Shown here one piece after another: positions 61,360 through 64,000 of a stretch of 64,000 bases of DNA. The position numbers were made by a program, and so were the translations under genes. The DNA comes from a bacterium (GTDB taxonomy: Bacteria; Zixibacteria; MSB-5A5; GN15; FEB-12): contig JBDRNJ010000004.1 of assembly GCA_043811375.1 (NCBI GenBank), positions 1 to 64,000 on the forward strand, read 5' to 3'. The notes beneath the pieces are model-generated. The model made no database searches and was not told the origin of the DNA. It worked only from the letters and a program-made list of their open reading frames with translations. The number at the start of each line of letters is the position of its first letter. The stretch's first letter is position 1.

Positions 61360-61827
61360 ATGAAAAGCCGGATATTAAGAACCTGGCGGCCCCTGCTGGT
61401 GGTGGCCTGCCTACCGTTGCTGACGGCATGTTCCTCATCCAGCCTTTCCGACCCCAGGTCGGTGGTGATTGCTATGTTTGGCGCCATGGAAAAGGATGAT
61501 AAGCCGGCCCTGGTGCATCTTCTTGACCTGCCGGAGTTGATGCGCTTTTATAATGAAGACTACGCGCTTCAGACAAACACCCCCCGCGTTTTCCACAACC
61601 CCGAAGAAATCCTCTACGACCTGACGGGAGAAGGCGAAACTAAACGCCGCTGGTTCTCACTGCAGAGAATCATCAATAAGGTCGATATCTCAGGCGAAAC
61701 GGCCACGGTTGAGGTCACCTTCGTCGACCAGGACAAGTCCCAGGGGTACCGGACCAAATTCGGTGTGCATGTCGTCAACGGCAAGTGGAAAATATATAGC
61801 TTCAAAACAGTACGCAGCAGCCATTGA
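61360..61827 (+). CDS. Hypothetical lipoprotein (NTF2-like / DUF4878-like)
   Basis: Lipobox LTAC, P..VV..F, ISGETATVEV and NGKWKI. Confidence 0.65.
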   Translation: MKSRILRTWRPLLVVACLPLLTACSSSSLSDPRSVVIAMFGAMEKDDKPALVHLLDLPELMRFYNEDYALQTNTPRVFHNPEEILYDLTGEGETKRRWFSLQRIINKVDISGETATVEVTFVDQDKSQGYRTKFGVHVVNGKWKIYSFKTVRSSH

Positions 61828-62044
61828 ACCTGGCCAGAATGCCCGAGCGCTCACCCTCCACCGGAAACAATCCTTAAACAGCAATAGCTATTGTCATAGA
61901 TATTGTCTGTTTGGGCGTGAAGCTGAATTCGTCATCCAACCCACTGTTGGCGGGGTGCGGTCGGGCTGATACTCTACAACAAACTATGCACACACTGTGT
62001 CATTTCTGAGAGCACACGTCAAGAGTGTATTTGATCGAGTTCCT

Positions 62045-62183
62045 GTAGGTCGGTGTTCCCAGGGAGGTGGCGAAGCCACTTTCACAGACCGCGATACCCG
62101 ACAATTGCCTGATAAAACCCACCCCACCGGGAAGATGTCGGGTTTCTCACAAGAGTGGCGATGCCACCGGAACGCCGACCTAC
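62045..62183. repeat. Inverted pair of GTAG-headed REP-like units (REPIN/BIME-like)
   Basis: GTAGGTCGGTGTTCC...GGTGGCGAAGCCAC...ACCCGACA faces TGTCGGGT...GTGGCGATGCCACCGGAACGCCGACCTAC. Confidence 0.75.
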
Positions 62184-62354
62184 CGGACCCCAGCTTTCGC
62201 TGGTGTAGCCGCCGTGGGCGACAGCTCTTGCAGACTTTAATCGGAAAGTTATTCTGACAACTGCTATAGCCTGACTGGTGCACTTGCGGTAAGAAAAACT
62301 GACGACCGGTGCAATACGGCAGTTGACAGAAAGCTATTACGGATAACCATATAC

Positions 62355-62438
62355 AAAAAAAGAGAAGCTCACCTACGGTTTCTGCCAGAGGCAGAGGGGG
62401 GAACCTCTGACTGAATTGCCATCGGCAAACTTCTCGCC
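62355..62438 (-). ncRNA. Candidate stand-alone structured small RNA (~84 nt)
   Basis: Own promoter at 62445-62472. The 5' end pairs with the 3' end (GAGAAGUUUGCC / GGUGAGCUUCUC), followed by U7. No ORF. Confidence 0.6.
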
Positions 62439-62444
62439 GTCAGC

Positions 62445-62472
62445 AATATAGGTTTTGTCCTGAAAATGTCAA
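62445..62472 (-). promoter_or_regulatory. Promoter of the candidate sRNA
   Basis: Minus strand TTGACA-N16-TATATT. Confidence 0.65.
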
Positions 62473-62903
62473 TCAAAAACGGACCAATACGACCCGTGAT
62501 AGTGAGACCTTCTGGATAAACTTGTCGTCATTTCTGATTTTGACGTGGGGCCGGGACCTCTCTCTATTGAACAAAGTATGTCGCTGTACAACATGCGCTT
62601 AAGGCGTTTCATCGGCGGCGGCGCGTTGCGCAGATAACCTGTGAGACCCGCCCGTTCAGCATATTTTTTCGTTTGTGACCACAGGTTACCGGATAGAACG
62701 AATAACGGAGAAACCCCGGTCTCAGAACTGTCGCTGCTGATTGGCGTTGTCTTACATAGCCATTCCATAATCGATTAAACGGAAACTACCGCCGGCGCGT
62801 CTAAATAATAGGTTGGGATAAGTTATTTGGGGTTGTGTATAACAGCCAGTGTATATATATTTATTGGTATGATTTGGCAAAGGTCCCAAGAGGAGATTTG
62901 AGG

Positions 62904-63377
62904 ATGAAAAGATTGGCATTGCTTCTTATTTCTGGGGTGCTGGTAGTTATAGCTCTCAGTTGTGCTTCGGACATTTATCTAGAAGACCCTTTTTCGCTCA
63001 AAGGCAACTACGACGGCTGGTATATCATCACTGTGTTGTCCGAACCACAAGTGGTAGACAGCCAGAGGATTATCTTCCGGTTTGGCGAAACGGACTACAA
63101 TTTATGGATCGACTCCACACATGAGGAGGTCGACAGTTCCCTTTGTATCTGCCACTCCTATGGTACCTGGAAGTTGAAAAACCGGGTTGAGTTGACTCAG
63201 TCCGGTGCTGTTGGGCACTGGGCGAGGGAAGGAAAATGCATGACCTGTTTGCAGGATTGGAGTCCTCAGGGTGCATTCGCTCTAAGAACACCCGGAGACA
63301 CGGTCGAACTAACCCGGACAAACACCGATTTAGATCCGGACCTGTTTATGAGGTTACTGCTGTTGCCAAAGAGATAA
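62904..63377 (+). CDS. Hypothetical lipoprotein
   Basis: AGGAG RBS, signal peptide with lipobox ALSC, and four further Cys. Confidence 0.65.
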   Translation: MKRLALLLISGVLVVIALSCASDIYLEDPFSLKGNYDGWYIITVLSEPQVVDSQRIIFRFGETDYNLWIDSTHEEVDSSLCICHSYGTWKLKNRVELTQSGAVGHWAREGKCMTCLQDWSPQGAFALRTPGDTVELTRTNTDLDPDLFMRLLLLPKR

Positions 63378-63463
63378 TGACAGGACGTGCCTCCCGGTCG
63401 TGACAGTCTGACCATCTGTCTCCTCTGGAGAATCCGTTCGCCATCTTCTTTTAAGACACTACC

Positions 63464-63493
63464 AGACAGGGTGTGACCACCCTGTCTTTTTTT
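63464..63493 (+). terminator. Intrinsic terminator
   Basis: AGACAGGGTG-TGAC-CACCCTGTCT followed by a T-run. Confidence 0.85.
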
Positions 63494-63558
63494 ACTGGCC
63501 TACTCGAAGCCTGCATCGGGATAACGCCGGTGTTGGCGCGAACCCTTCAATCACAGCA

Positions 63559-64000
63559 TCAGAACCTGCGGCTGCCTCGTTTAGTAAGCTCCATTCCGCG
63601 GGCGCATAGCGGACATTCATCAGGTTCCCAACTGTCGGCCCGTACCGAGGCCAGGGCTATGAAGGGATAGTCAAAGCTGACCGTGCCGTTGGAGCGTTCC
63701 AGCATTTCGCAGATACAAACGATTTCGGCTCCATACGATTCGACCAGCGTGACCACTTCCCGCACTGACCGGCCGGTGGTAAGCACGTCATCGACAATTA
63801 TCACTTTTTGGTTGCGATCCAGAGAGAAACCACGTTTGAACACCCGACCATCCTGGCCCGGTTCGGCATAGAGTGCCTGTACACCCAGGTATCGAGCGAC
63901 ATCATAGGCGATTATAATACCGCCGGTTGTCGGGCCGACGATGGTATCGGCGTGATAAGGTTCCAGCCGGGTAGCCATTTCCCGACAAATCAGCGTGCAG
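63559..64000 (-). CDS. pyrE: Orotate phosphoribosyltransferase (5' end outside the window)
   Basis: VGPTTGGII, FKRGF, IVDDVLTTGRS (PRPP motif) and CPLC...KRGSR. Confidence 0.9.
   Translation of the reverse strand, partial: CTLICREMATRLEPYHADTIVGPTTGGIIIAYDVARYLGVQALYAEPGQDGRVFKRGFSLDRNQKVIIVDDVLTTGRSVREVVTLVESYGAEIVCICEMLERSNGTVSFDYPFIALASVRADSWEPDECPLCARGMELTKRGSRRF

Noticed and set aside
62415..62440. GGCAAAC on the plus strand suggesting a c-di-GMP-I riboswitch
   Set aside because: The GAAA tetraloop and GCAAAG/P2 elements are absent. The minus-strand promoter and U-tail explain the region better.
61984..62768. Short ORFs in the intergenic interval (61984-62283, 61997-62257, 62469-62768)
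   Set aside because: They overlap REP palindromes or lack an RBS and recognisable motifs. I also found no convincing DUF3800 remnant.

Overview
Chromosomal 64 kb window from a diderm, probably anaerobic bacterium. A PorV-like gene, a QNYPNPFNP/FlgD-Ig C-terminal sorting domain and a TonB-dependent receptor suggest the FCB group, e.g. candidate Zixibacteria (inference). The window opens with the 3' end of an IS3-family element, tRNA-Leu(CAA) and a DUF4145/HEPN gene. Most of the rest is housekeeping or metabolic: a secreted S8 protease, an Rrf2-sufCBD-Rieske-sufSU-sufT operon, dtd-maf-rodZ-smc-ftsY-yjbQ-rlmH, a CoA-substrate activase fusion, trxA, a rhomboid, dsbD, thiolase-hbd plus two acyl-CoA dehydrogenases, hutU-hutI, lptE, porV and a partial pyrE. 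The strongest signals missing from the ORF track are: (1) a 56-codon single-TM candidate selenoprotein after trxA, with an in-frame TGA, a UxxxxC motif and a SECIS-like hairpin (36293-36463); (2) a stand-alone ~84-nt structured small RNA with its own promoter and U-tail (62355-62438, minus strand). Other notable items are an isochorismatase / FAD-oxidoreductase / RlmN-like radical SAM (lacking the resolving Cys) / GNAT operon, a SLOG-like plus AbiGi/ART-like fusion, a four-gene uncharacterised membrane operon (DUF6754), several apparent pseudo-enzymes and a family of GTAG-headed REP-like palindromes. All family calls come from motif recognition by eye; no database searches were run.
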